Source: Patescibacteria group bacterium (GTDB lineage Bacteria; Patescibacteriota; JAHJAL01). Taken from it: DNA of 64,000 bases. Shown piece by piece: positions 36,718-45,967 of this stretch. The position numbers were made by a program, and so were the translations under genes. The DNA lies in NCBI GenBank assembly GCA_049322675.1, contig JBMORM010000009.1, positions 291,517 to 355,516 on the forward strand, written 5' to 3'. The notes under the pieces are model-generated. The model was given only the letters and a program-made list of their open reading frames with translations. It searched no databases and was not told the DNA's origin. Each line of letters opens with the position of its first letter. The stretch's first letter is position 1.

Positions 36718-39700
36718 ATGGCAAAAACCAAAACGATAATTTTGATTATCTGTATTTTGGTATTTTCAGGTTTGACTGATCAAATGGGAATTTGCGGGGA
36801 AAAAATTTTGTATGACGTGCCATACCGCAATCAGGTTATTGATTTTCCTGGTTGGTCGCAAAATTGGGCTTCGTGCGGTTATACTTCCACGTTGATGAAT
36901 TTATTGTATTGTGAGGCGTTACCATCCGGGATGTCGGAACAATCATTGATCGAGAAAATGTACACAGACTGTTCTATAACGACTGAAGATGGCTCGGTGA
37001 TTTTTTACTACGAAAAATTGGATGAATTTTGTGAACAAAATATCCCCGAGTATGATCTGGAAGTGCGATTTATCCGCGACGACTTTGAAAATAAGATCAA
37101 GAAAACGATTGATGACGAAATGCCGGTAATATGCGGTACATATATTTTTGGCAATGTCGGGCATGTGATTTTGATCGTCGGTTATGACGATAACAATTGG
37201 ATTGTGCACGATCCGGCCAACGACTGGGGACAAGAACGCTGGCCAGACGGAGGTTTTACTTGGGAAAATGCCGATTTTGTTCGTTTTCCAATCGGTAGTT
37301 TTACGATTTTGTATGGAGCCAGTATTTTTTCGGAAAACAGTAAAGAATTTGCCGCCAAGATAGTCGAACAAAGCCCGACGATAGTTTTGTCAAACGAGGG
37401 AGAAATGAAGATGCTGTGGGTAAAGTTGAAAAATAATGGTACTAGTGATTGGTTGCAGGAAAAAATCCATTTGGGAACTTATCAACCGCTTGATCGTTTG
37501 TGCGGATTGGTGGCAAAATCTGATCCAGAAAAATATCGGTGGCTAGGAACGAAAAACAGACTGATGATGGAACAAAAAAAGGTAGAGCCAGGGCAAACGG
37601 CAATTTTTGGAATACCAATGGAGAAAAATAATTTCGTAGGAAATTTTCCCGAGAGTTTTCGTTTGATTAACGACGATCAAAACGGTCGCTGGTTTGGACC
37701 AACAATCTGCTGGAACATCGAGTGCTTGCCGACAGCGAATATCAATCAGCCGGTGAGTATTTTTGCCGGCAAATACTGCTTTCATACCGGCGATCTCCAC
37801 AATCACAGTTCTTGGTCGGGCGAGAAGACAACCGTTGCCCAACTGGTCGAACAAGGTAAAACAAATGGTTTAAAATTTTTGGGCATTACGGATAAAGCGG
37901 AAAAATTGGGAGACAATACTAATATTTGCCAATATCTGTCGGAGATAAAAAAGGTGGCGGATGAAAAGCAATATATTTTGCTGGCAGGCATAGAATACAA
38001 TGTGACAAATTACGGCAACGAAATTTATAGTCCGAACGAATCTGGGATAAAGGCGATCGGGTTGGGCTACAATAATTTGCAACCACAAGATTTGCCAGAT
38101 TGGTTTCCTTGGGAGACAAAGGGAAAAAAAGTGACTTGGGAAGAATTGGTTGACTGGCATTTTCAGCATGGGTTGCCACTTTTTATCGCTCATCCGTTGG
38201 ATAAGGGCAAAAACGGATGGTCGGCAAAGGAATTGATTGAAAAAAGTATGATATCTAAATTAGAAAAATTGGCTGGAATCGAGATTTTTGCAAAAATTCA
38301 TTTTTCATCTTTGTTTGCAATCAACGGCAATAATATGATTGGATTGTTTAATCCCGGTTTGAATTTGGAGAATTCGATCGAATTGTACAAAAACTTTCTG
38401 GGACCGATAGGGATAGGGGTGTTTGGTGGGGAAAATCCGGCAAAAACAATAATTGCCACGGAATCATCTCAACTTAAAACCGAGCAAATAATCGAGGCAA
38501 TATCCAAGAAAAAAACTGTTGCTGTCAACAATACCGCAGCCATTGATTTTATTAAAATATCCAATAAGGAATGGGCGCCGGGAAATTGGGGACAAACGAT
38601 AATATCGGGAGGACAGGTAAAGATCGAGGGGCAAACCCTATGGTTGCCAAACTCCAGTCAACAAAAGTGTTTATATATTATAAGAAACAACAAATTGGTT
38701 CACAAACAGTTGATTGAGGGTAGAGAGAGAATTAATTTTTCTTTTACTGACAACTGCCATAAACCGGGAAAATACGGTTATCAAATCGCAATTTGCGAAA
38801 AGAGAGCAAATCAAGCCGAAGAAGGGAAATTGTTCACTAGTCCGATTTACGTCGAAGTCAAAGATGAAGATCAGGTGGAAAATCAGATGGAAACGGTAAG
38901 TGAACAACAAAAAGAATTGCTTGTTTTTACACCGACAATTCATCTGGGCGATTCGTTTTATGAGGGCGAGATCAATCGGGGTTTTAAACGAGAAAAAGCC
39001 GAATCTGTTTTGGTTACAAAGATTTTTTCTTTATCTTCTGAGGATTTAGTTAATATATCTGATTGTCAGTTGCAACTAGAGCTGTGCGGGGCGCAACTGG
39101 AAAAAAATAGCAATCAAGGTAATCCTATCGTCATCAATTGCCAAAAAATCGGCGAATGTCTGATCCCCAATGAAGATCCCCAAAAAAATAATTTGGTTTA
39201 CAAATACGCCGTTCCTTTGTCCTGTTTGCAAACTGGAAACAACGAGCTATTTATCCGATCTTTGCCTCGAGCTTACTTTTTACGAAATGGAAAGACATTT
39301 ATTGATTTTGATGATTTTGAGATCAGAGACATCAAACTGGTTTTTTATTATGGTAAAAATAATTTCCGACCAGATAAAAATGCCGTTGTGTCAGCCAAAA
39401 AGATACCCTTGAAAAACGGGAGCGAAGAGTTGTCATTTGTCTCGGATCAAGACTTGGATGATTTTTCTCAAGAATCAAAAAAAATAATTGATGATTTTGA
39501 ACAAAAGGGCGGAAAATTTGTTGTGGACAAAGATCCTCGATACCCACAATTTTTAGCTCTGATCGAGCCAATTGTAGAAAATATTGAAAAACTACCGCAA
39601 AGGACAACAATAAAATGGAAATTTTTTGAATCAAATACACTGGATCCGATCGCCTTGCCCGATCGGACAATATTGGTGCCAACAGGGTTGTTGACCAACG

Positions 39701-40182
39701 AAAAGGAACTTCCGGAAAATAAAATATTTCCGATAGTATCCGCAATTTTTCAGTCAGACTTAGGGATAAGTCACAAACAAGCAAATCGGAAAGATTTGGC
39801 CGGTGTTTTAGGTTTTTTGGGGTCGATGCTGACAAAAAATGAAAACATTGTCGCCAAATATACTGGTATGGGTTTATTGTTGGCAGGATCATTATCTTTG
39901 AAATCAGAAGATGAAGACTTTTATATCGCTGACGCCTATGCTTATGATTGGATGAAACAAAATGGCCTGGGATCCGATCAGGCTTTTTCTCTGTTGGATG
40001 CCGCGGGCAGACTAGAAAAATACCCAGGTAATGATCAGAAATATAATATTTTGGCGCCGCCGGCAAACAAAAGGTTGGAGGCGTTGACAAATTATATTTA
40101 TTGGCAGAATACTTATCCTTTGCCAATAACACCAGATATAATCGATTGGGAGAGGGCAGTAGAGAAAAAAGATAAAAATTAA
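36718..40182 (+). CDS. Giant secreted multidomain protein with an N-terminal C39-like papain-fold cysteine peptidase domain and a PHP-family phosphoesterase domain
   Basis: The signal peptide is MAKTKTIILIICILVFSGLTDQ. A Cys/His pair typical of the Peptidase_C39-like fold is present (..NWASCGYTS.. and ..GHVILIVGYDDNNWIVHDPAN..). A PHP motif follows (FHTGDLHNHSSWSGE). About 700 aa at the C-terminus are unassigned. Confidence 0.55.
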   Translation: MAKTKTIILIICILVFSGLTDQMGICGEKILYDVPYRNQVIDFPGWSQNWASCGYTSTLMNLLYCEALPSGMSEQSLIEKMYTDCSITTEDGSVIFYYEKLDEFCEQNIPEYDLEVRFIRDDFENKIKKTIDDEMPVICGTYIFGNVGHVILIVGYDDNNWIVHDPANDWGQERWPDGGFTWENADFVRFPIGSFTILYGASIFSENSKEFAAKIVEQSPTIVLSNEGEMKMLWVKLKNNGTSDWLQEKIHLGTYQPLDRLCGLVAKSDPEKYRWLGTKNRLMMEQKKVEPGQTAIFGIPMEKNNFVGNFPESFRLINDDQNGRWFGPTICWNIECLPTANINQPVSIFAGKYCFHTGDLHNHSSWSGEKTTVAQLVEQGKTNGLKFLGITDKAEKLGDNTNICQYLSEIKKVADEKQYILLAGIEYNVTNYGNEIYSPNESGIKAIGLGYNNLQPQDLPDWFPWETKGKKVTWEELVDWHFQHGLPLFIAHPLDKGKNGWSAKELIEKSMISKLEKLAGIEIFAKIHFSSLFAINGNNMIGLFNPGLNLENSIELYKNFLGPIGIGVFGGENPAKTIIATESSQLKTEQIIEAISKKKTVAVNNTAAIDFIKISNKEWAPGNWGQTIISGGQVKIEGQTLWLPNSSQQKCLYIIRNNKLVHKQLIEGRERINFSFTDNCHKPGKYGYQIAICEKRANQAEEGKLFTSPIYVEVKDEDQVENQMETVSEQQKELLVFTPTIHLGDSFYEGEINRGFKREKAESVLVTKIFSLSSEDLVNISDCQLQLELCGAQLEKNSNQGNPIVINCQKIGECLIPNEDPQKNNLVYKYAVPLSCLQTGNNELFIRSLPRAYFLRNGKTFIDFDDFEIRDIKLVFYYGKNNFRPDKNAVVSAKKIPLKNGSEELSFVSDQDLDDFSQESKKIIDDFEQKGGKFVVDKDPRYPQFLALIEPIVENIEKLPQRTTIKWKFFESNTLDPIALPDRTILVPTGLLTNEKELPENKIFPIVSAIFQSDLGISHKQANRKDLAGVLGFLGSMLTKNENIVAKYTGMGLLLAGSLSLKSEDEDFYIADAYAYDWMKQNGLGSDQAFSLLDAAGRLEKYPGNDQKYNILAPPANKRLEALTNYIYWQNTYPLPITPDIIDWERAVEKKDKN

Positions 40183-40212
40183 TATCAATATTAAAATCGA
40201 TCGCAAATATTG

Positions 40213-40242
40213 ACCTCGGATATAAATATCTGAGGTTTTTTA
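40213..40242 (+). terminator. Rho-independent terminator
   Basis: acctcggata-taaa-tatctgaggt is followed by TTTTTT. Confidence 0.5.
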
Positions 40243-40249
40243 TTAAATT

Positions 40250-40375
40250 CTAATTTCCAATTCTCAATTTCCAAAAAATGTCCAATTTTCAATTTTCAAA
40301 CATTATTGAATTTAACTTGGAAATTGGACATTTTTTGGAAATTGAAAATTGTGAATTGGAAATTTTGTGCAGCTA
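40250..40375. repeat. TTCCAAT-rich intergenic palindromic repeat (copy D)
   Basis: aatttccaattctcaatttccaaaaaatgtccaattttcaattttcaaac mirrors cttggaaattggacattttttggaaattgaaaattgtgaattggaaatt. Confidence 0.6.
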
Positions 40376-40417
40376 CTTGTATAATTATGTTTGTATATAT
40401 TCAAATTAAACTGAATT

Positions 40418-40990
40418 ATGGAAATATTTTGGCACGGTAATTCATCGGTAACCATCAAGACCAAAAATGCAACCCTTGGTTTTAACCCCAAGAAAAATGA
40501 TGATTATGATTTGTTGGTATTTGGTACCAAACAGGAAAAGTTGAAATTGAAAGAATATCAATTTGTCATCGATAGTCCGGGAGAATATGAGGCAAAGTCA
40601 ATTATGGTTTATAGTGTTTACAACGAAGAAAAGCAAAGTCGTGGTTGGCAAGTCAAGATTGAAGACTTAACCGTGTATTTTACCGATAATCTAGATTTTT
40701 TGCCGACTAAAGAACAGCTGGACAATTTGGGAACAGTCGATTTGGCCTTTTTCCCAGCGGTAATCAATAAGGACGATGAAAAAAAACTGCAGAAACAAGT
40801 AGAAGCGATCGATCCACGGATTATTATTCCAATCGCCGGCAGCGACGAAGTGGAAGCACAGGTTTGCCAAGATTTGGCCCGAGTTTTAGGATTGAAATGC
40901 AATGAAATATTAAAAAGTTACAAGATCAAATCAAGACAGCAATTGCCTGAAGAAGAACAGCTTTTCGTAACACTGGAAAAGACAGCGTAG
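40418..40990 (+). CDS. Putative metal-dependent hydrolase (MBL-fold/Lactamase_B_3-like)
   Basis: The beginning MEIFWHGNSSVTIKTKNATLGFNP and ..DLAFFPAV...IIIPIAGSD resemble short MBL-fold hydrolases. The assignment is weak. Confidence 0.35.
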   Translation: MEIFWHGNSSVTIKTKNATLGFNPKKNDDYDLLVFGTKQEKLKLKEYQFVIDSPGEYEAKSIMVYSVYNEEKQSRGWQVKIEDLTVYFTDNLDFLPTKEQLDNLGTVDLAFFPAVINKDDEKKLQKQVEAIDPRIIIPIAGSDEVEAQVCQDLARVLGLKCNEILKSYKIKSRQQLPEEEQLFVTLEKTA

Positions 40991-40997
40991 TTCATTA

Positions 40998-41090
40998 TTG
41001 AATTTCCAATTTTTCCCTCACGGGACTTAAGCTGCTGCTGGCAATTTATAATTTCCAAAGGAAAATCTCTTTGAAAATTATAAATTGAGC
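40998..41090. repeat. TTCCAAT repeat variant with a conserved GC core (CCCTCRCGGGA...GCTGCTGCTGRCAATTT...GAAAATCYC..TTTGAAAATT), copy 1 of 2
   Basis: About 70 nt are shared with 45968-46078. The loop of the small hairpin ccc-tcRc-ggg differs between the copies while the stem is kept. Confidence 0.5.
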
Positions 41091-41265
41091 CATTTTTGGA
41101 GAGAAAATTGTTCTTGGCTTTCAGCGAAAAGGTAAAATGATGCTTGAATGTGTATTTAACAAAAAAATTGTCGCAGAAATTTTTTTGTAGAGGAGGAGGC
41201 GTTCTGGTAGTGGAGTGAGAGACGGTATTCCGGCTCGCACGGAACGATAAGAACGACTCCGACGC

Positions 41266-41349
41266 GGGCGAGTGGCGGAACTGGCAGACGCAAGGGACTT
41301 AAAATCCCTCGGAGTTTACTCCATGAGAGTTCGATTCTCTCCTCGCCCA
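41266..41349 (+). tRNA. tRNA-Leu (anticodon TAA), type II with a long variable arm
   Basis: The acceptor pairs GGGCGAG with CTCGCCC. The D-arm is gcgg..cgc. The anticodon stem pairs AGGGA with TCCCT and the loop is cTTAAaa. The variable arm pairs ggagt with actcc. The T-arm is GAGAG-TTCGATT-CTCTC, and the discriminator is A. Confidence 0.85.
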
Positions 41350-41365
41350 GCTTTAGAATAAGACA

Positions 41366-41396
41366 AAACACAGTTATTTAAACTGTGTTTTTTTAT
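41366..41396 (+). terminator. Rho-independent terminator after tRNA-Leu
   Basis: aaacacagtt-attta-aactgtgttt is followed by TTTTTT. Confidence 0.55.
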
Positions 41397-41493
41397 GATA
41401 TAAAAATGTAGATTTAATATTTCCTTAAGAATTTCTTTAATTTTATTTAATTTCCTTAATATATTCTTAGAATTGTTTATGTAGAGCCAATTT

Positions 41494-42348
41494 ATGAAAA
41501 TATATAAAATGAAAAAAGATTATCTAGAAATTGAGCGATTCAGTGATGATCGGGAGATATCCGAACAAAACATCGAAGAAATTGTGGGATTGGACGAGTA
41601 TATCGACAATATTGGATGTATTGTAGAAAGGTTTAAAAATACTGGTAATCCAAAAATCAACCATTTACTTCATGAAATAAAAAACCAGATGGCAATAATT
41701 GTTGGACACAAGGAATTACAAGAAAATTTTTCAAAACCATTTCCAGAATCAAAAATCGCTATTGCAAAATCACGAGGGAAAATAAGTAATATGATTTTGA
41801 TACTTTATGATAAAATTCCTATTAAAAAAACAACCGAGTTTAGAAAATATTTGTTTATCGACTCATATGGCAAGAAAGAAGTTGATTCTCATGCAAAATT
41901 ATTTTGCAGTAAAAAAGTTATTCCTGATTTGATTGATACCGATGCAAAAAATTTCCTTCCAAAAGACGAGGAAATTTATACTAAATTGTGCAACCAGGAT
42001 TATAATATTATGATGGTAAATTTGATTAAAAATGCTGCGGAATCTTTTGATAAAAAAAGAAGTAGGATTGGATTGGAGTTGCGAAAGGAGATTGTCGCAG
42101 AAGAAAACAAAGAGGTTCTTTCGATCAAACTAACAGACAATGGTTGTGGAATAGAAAAAAATGATTTGAATAGGATATTTGAGGAAGAATTTTCTACAAA
42201 AGAAAAATCTGATACTATCGCTTTTGGGAGAGGGTATGGATTGCCAATAGTAAAGGATATTGTGCAAAAGGCGGAAGGAAAAATAGAATGTACCAGTAAA
42301 AAAAGTGAAGGCACTTGTTTTTCAATTTTGTTGCCGATAATTTCGTAA
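41494..42348 (+). CDS. Cytoplasmic sensor histidine kinase (H-box plus HATPase_c), with no cognate response regulator in the window
   Basis: The H-box-like region is LHEIKNQMAIIVGH. The ATPase N/G boxes are LIKNAAESF, TDNGCGIE and GRGYGLPIV. Confidence 0.6.
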   Translation: MKIYKMKKDYLEIERFSDDREISEQNIEEIVGLDEYIDNIGCIVERFKNTGNPKINHLLHEIKNQMAIIVGHKELQENFSKPFPESKIAIAKSRGKISNMILILYDKIPIKKTTEFRKYLFIDSYGKKEVDSHAKLFCSKKVIPDLIDTDAKNFLPKDEEIYTKLCNQDYNIMMVNLIKNAAESFDKKRSRIGLELRKEIVAEENKEVLSIKLTDNGCGIEKNDLNRIFEEEFSTKEKSDTIAFGRGYGLPIVKDIVQKAEGKIECTSKKSEGTCFSILLPIIS

Positions 42349-42443
42349 ACGAAACAAAAAAAGATAAAACGATTCCCATATAATGAAAATAAGTATATAC
42401 TCACTCTGTTATGAATATAGAATCGTTAATTTGGTAAAACTTT

Positions 42444-43136
42444 ATGGGAAATTTTAATCGAGGCAATAGATCAGGCGGCGGTAGAGGTTTTGGTGGACGC
42501 AGATTTGGTGGTGGCGGCGGAGGAAGAGGTATGGGACGACCGCAGATGCATCAAGCTACTTGCAGTGAATGCGGAGAGGAATGCGAAGTTCCTTTTCGGC
42601 CAAGCAATGACAAACCAGTATATTGCGATGATTGTTTTGGAGAAAAAAAAGGTAGTAGTTTAAAAAGATCGGATAGAAGAGATGCTGATTTTGGGAATAG
42701 GTCAAAGTTTAATGATAAAAAAATGCATGATGCTATCTGTGATAGTTGCGGAGATCGATGTCAGGTTCCTTTCAAACCAACCAGCGGCAAACCAGTGTTT
42801 TGCAGTGAATGTTTTGAAAAAGAGGGGGGCGGGGCAAGAAAAAATAAGAGAAATGACAGTAGGTCAGAACAAGCAGAAATTATTGATAACAGCTATGAAA
42901 TTGGACAGATCAAGGCAGAATTATTCGCTTTAAATAGCAAAGTGGATAATATATTGCATATTTTAAATAAAACAGAGACGACCGAGGAACCAAATAAGAA
43001 GGAAGTTAAAAAGCCAGAAAAAAAGGAAGTTACCAAAAAAAGTGGCAAAAAGAATAAGACGGAAAATACTGAAAAACAGTCTATCGGGAAAAAGAAAACA
43101 ACGGTCAAAAAGACAAAGAAATCGAAGAGAAAATAG
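42444..43136 (+). CDS. RGG-rich protein with a tandem CxxCG zinc ribbon and a lysine-rich tail (putative nucleic-acid binding)
   Basis: The N-terminus is GGGRGFGGRRFGGGGGGRG. The two repeats are CSECGEECEVPFRPSNDKPVYCDDCF and CDSCGDRCQVPFKPTSGKPVFCSECF. The C-terminal tail is K-rich and histone-H1-like. Confidence 0.55.
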   Translation: MGNFNRGNRSGGGRGFGGRRFGGGGGGRGMGRPQMHQATCSECGEECEVPFRPSNDKPVYCDDCFGEKKGSSLKRSDRRDADFGNRSKFNDKKMHDAICDSCGDRCQVPFKPTSGKPVFCSECFEKEGGGARKNKRNDSRSEQAEIIDNSYEIGQIKAELFALNSKVDNILHILNKTETTEEPNKKEVKKPEKKEVTKKSGKKNKTENTEKQSIGKKKTTVKKTKKSKRK

Positions 43137-43158
43137 CTTTCGTATTGCTAATTATTAA

Positions 43159-43188
43159 AAGACACAATTTAATGTTGTGTCTTTTTGT
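43159..43188 (+). terminator. Rho-independent terminator
   Basis: aagacacaa-tttaatg-ttgtgtctt is followed by a T-run. Confidence 0.45.
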
Positions 43189-43513
43189 ATTCGATACGTT
43201 CGCGTAATATTCTTTCATTTAATAAATTACGATTTATTAAAAATTCTGGAAAATCAATATTTTCCTGTTCTTTGGCCATCTCAAGATATTTCTGCCCTAA
43301 TTTACTTTCATCGATTTGAAAAAAATAGTCACTAATTTCCCCCATCAATTTACTATTGGTTTTATTTTCAGACAGTTCTTGTTTTAATTTTTCGATTTTT
43401 TTTCGAATATCGTCTTTTTCCCAGGGAGCAAGGTATTCAAGGCTCATAAAATTAGGAAAATTAAATTTGATAAAGATTAATGGCCCAATGTTGCAATAAT
43501 AAAATTCTAACAA
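43169..43513 (-). CDS. Hypothetical protein
   Basis: The 114-aa ORF has no recognisable motif. Confidence 0.3.
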   Translation of the reverse strand: MLEFYYCNIGPLIFIKFNFPNFMSLEYLAPWEKDDIRKKIEKLKQELSENKTNSKLMGEISDYFFQIDESKLGQKYLEMAKEQENIDFPEFLINRNLLNERILRERIEYKKTQH

Positions 43514-43616
43514 AAAATTTTGATGACTGATAGAGGTAAATTTTTGATTCTATAATAAACCACGTATTTTTTTAAATACGTGGTTTATATTTTATCTGTT
43601 GTCAGAGAAGATGCTG

Positions 43617-44897
43617 CTAATATGATTTTTGACGACGAAAATTTGGCTTGGACCATCGGGATTGTCGATTGCGAGGAAAAGAATTTCGAGAATGTTGATT
43701 TTTCGAAGAAGATCTTCTTCGAGATGATTGTCTAGGGCTACTATCGGCAGACGTGATTGGATACGGATGTTCTTCGATAACTGGAATAGTTTGTTTGATT
43801 AGATAATTTATGTCACGGAGATATTTTTTTTCTTCTTGATCACAAAAAGACAAGGCGATACCCGCCGCGCCGGCGCGTCCGGTTCGACCGATGCGATGAA
43901 CATAGGTTTCGGGCAGGTTGGGAATATCGTAGTTGATCACATGTGACAATGATTCAATATCCAGTCCTCTGGCGGCAATATCGGTGGCAACCAAAATTTT
44001 AGTTCGTTTGTTTTTAAAATTTTGCAAAGCGCGCTGACGGGCATTTTGGGATTTGTTGCCATGAATCGCTTCGGCGCTAATGCCAGCTTGATACAGATAT
44101 CTGACGACACGATCGGCACCAAATTTGGTCCGGGTAAAGACAAGAGCGGAAGCGATATTGTTTTCTTTAATAACGTCAATCAGGAGAGATCTCTTTTTTG
44201 ATTTTTCGACATAATACATGGATTGCTGAACCGTGGTCGCTGTTGAAGAAACTGGATTGACCGCTACTTTCACCGGATTGACTAAAATTGTTTTCGACAG
44301 ATCATCGATGGCTGAAGGCATAGTGGCGCAAAAAAACAAGTTTTGGCGGTGGGGCGGTAAATAATTGATTACTTTTTTTATATCATGAATAAAACCCATA
44401 TCGAGTAAACGATCGGCTTCATCCAGGGTAAAAATTTTGACAAAAGACAAGTCAATATAGCGCTGATTAATCAAATCAAGTAACCTTCCGGGGGTAGCAA
44501 TCAAAATATCAACACCGGCTCGTAACATTTTGGTCTGGTGAAATTGACTGACCCCACCATAGATCACGCCATGTCGGAGGTGAAGATATTTGCCATATGA
44601 GGAAAAATTCTCACTGATTTGAATGGCCAATTCTCGAGTCGGGGTAATAATCAGTGCTCGAATATTTCTTCGATAACTCGATTTTTTTTGGTTTTTTTGA
44701 TCATTGTGAAGAAGTTGCAAAATAGGAATAGCAAAGGCGGCGGTTTTGCCGGTACCGGTTTGGGCGCAACCCAATAAGTCCTTTTGATCAAGAATAACAG
44801 GAATGGACTTGGATTGAATAGGTGTCGGTTCGAAATATTTCTCGGATTTAATAGCATCCATAAGTGGGGAAATGAGATTGAGATCGGAAAATGTCAT
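43617..44897 (-). CDS. DEAD-box ATP-dependent RNA helicase with an Arg/Ser-rich C-terminal tail
   Basis: The Q-motif (F..L.L), Walker A (AQTGTGKTAAF), DEAD (TLDEADRLLDMGF) and HRIGRTGRAG are present. Confidence 0.85.
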   Translation of the reverse strand: MTFSDLNLISPLMDAIKSEKYFEPTPIQSKSIPVILDQKDLLGCAQTGTGKTAAFAIPILQLLHNDQKNQKKSSYRRNIRALIITPTRELAIQISENFSSYGKYLHLRHGVIYGGVSQFHQTKMLRAGVDILIATPGRLLDLINQRYIDLSFVKIFTLDEADRLLDMGFIHDIKKVINYLPPHRQNLFFCATMPSAIDDLSKTILVNPVKVAVNPVSSTATTVQQSMYYVEKSKKRSLLIDVIKENNIASALVFTRTKFGADRVVRYLYQAGISAEAIHGNKSQNARQRALQNFKNKRTKILVATDIAARGLDIESLSHVINYDIPNLPETYVHRIGRTGRAGAAGIALSFCDQEEKKYLRDINYLIKQTIPVIEEHPYPITSADSSPRQSSRRRSSSKNQHSRNSFPRNRQSRWSKPNFRRQKSY

Positions 44898-45114
44898 AGA
44901 AAAAATTTATATCAATAAACTGTAAAAGCAGAGAATAATTTAAAGTTGACCCACATTTTTTTCAACTCAAAATAATATCGCCGTTTAAACGTTGATTGAT
45001 TATAAAGTATATTACGCAAGTTGGCAAACTTTGTTGCAAAAATTTAAATTTTTGAGATTTGCCAGTCTCAGGTTAATTTGCTATTTTAGAAGCATTATAT
45101 GAATAAAGAATATC

Positions 45115-45489
45115 ATGGAGAATATCCCAGAAAGACAGGAAAAATCATTGAACAAAGAGGGGCATTTAGACCAAAAAATTGAAAAACAAACTTACAAAAG
45201 ATTGATTGTTGATTTGTCTGACAGACAAATCAAAGAAGATGCAAGGGAAGAGATTTTTAGGACTTTTTTGGAAGAAAGAGATAAAAAAACGGTATTGCCA
45301 GAATTATATGAGTTGGTTAAGGACAAACCATTTATTGTCAGACTAATTATAAAAAATACACCCGAAATGGCGAAAAAGATGGAATATTTTGATACGACTT
45401 ATACTTTTATCGAAAATACCAAAAAACCTCAGGAAAAAAGTAGATTGCTCAATGAATTGTTTAATATCAAAAATGGAAATATTGACTAA
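45115..45489 (+). CDS. Hypothetical protein
   Basis: The 124-aa ORF has a K/E-rich N-terminus. Confidence 0.35.
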   Translation: MENIPERQEKSLNKEGHLDQKIEKQTYKRLIVDLSDRQIKEDAREEIFRTFLEERDKKTVLPELYELVKDKPFIVRLIIKNTPEMAKKMEYFDTTYTFIENTKKPQEKSRLLNELFNIKNGNID

Positions 45490-45967
45490 TCCCAATGACT
45501 TTTTGCGACAAAAAATGAAAAAAGTCGAGGTGTTTGATCGCAACTTGCAGCAATTTGCTCGTGATTTTATTGAGACTATGTTGGAAAAAGATGGGGTGGG
45601 ATTGGCCGCAACCCAGATTGGCGCAAACAGGAGAATTATCGCTATCAATTTGGATAAAAAAGAGGGTTACCCGGATAGTTTGATTATGCCGATGGTTTTG
45701 GTTAATCCGGAGATTTTGGAAGCATCAGCTCAACAGGTTGAAATGGATGAGGCCTGCTTGAGCGTACCGGGCCTGGTCGGATCAGTAATCCGACCAGAAG
45801 AAGTGATCGTTACCTATCAAGATTTAAATGGAAAACAATATCATGTTGATGCCGATGGTTGGCTGGCAAGAGTATTACAACACGAGATTGATCATCTAAA
45901 CGGAATTTTATTTATCGATAGAATTTCAGACAAGAAAAAATTGCGGAAATATGAGGTGAAAGAATAA
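45473..45967 (+). CDS. def: Peptide deformylase
   Basis: GVGLAATQIG, EACLSVPG and QHEIDHLNG are present. The start is set at the internal Met (MEILTNPNDFLRQ) rather than the track's longer ORF. Confidence 0.85.
   Translation: MEILTNPNDFLRQKMKKVEVFDRNLQQFARDFIETMLEKDGVGLAATQIGANRRIIAINLDKKEGYPDSLIMPMVLVNPEILEASAQQVEMDEACLSVPGLVGSVIRPEEVIVTYQDLNGKQYHVDADGWLARVLQHEIDHLNGILFIDRISDKKKLRKYEVKE

Noticed and set aside
41156-41371. 71-aa minus-strand ORF overlapping tRNA-Leu
   Set aside because: It is antisense to a well-formed tRNA and to the GC-rich leader, and it has no start context. It is spurious.
43545-43600. Hairpin aaccacgtattt/aaatacgtggtt between the hypothetical gene and the helicase
   Set aside because: It is a perfect stem but has no clear T-run on either strand. 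A terminator role is uncertain, so it was not listed as a feature.
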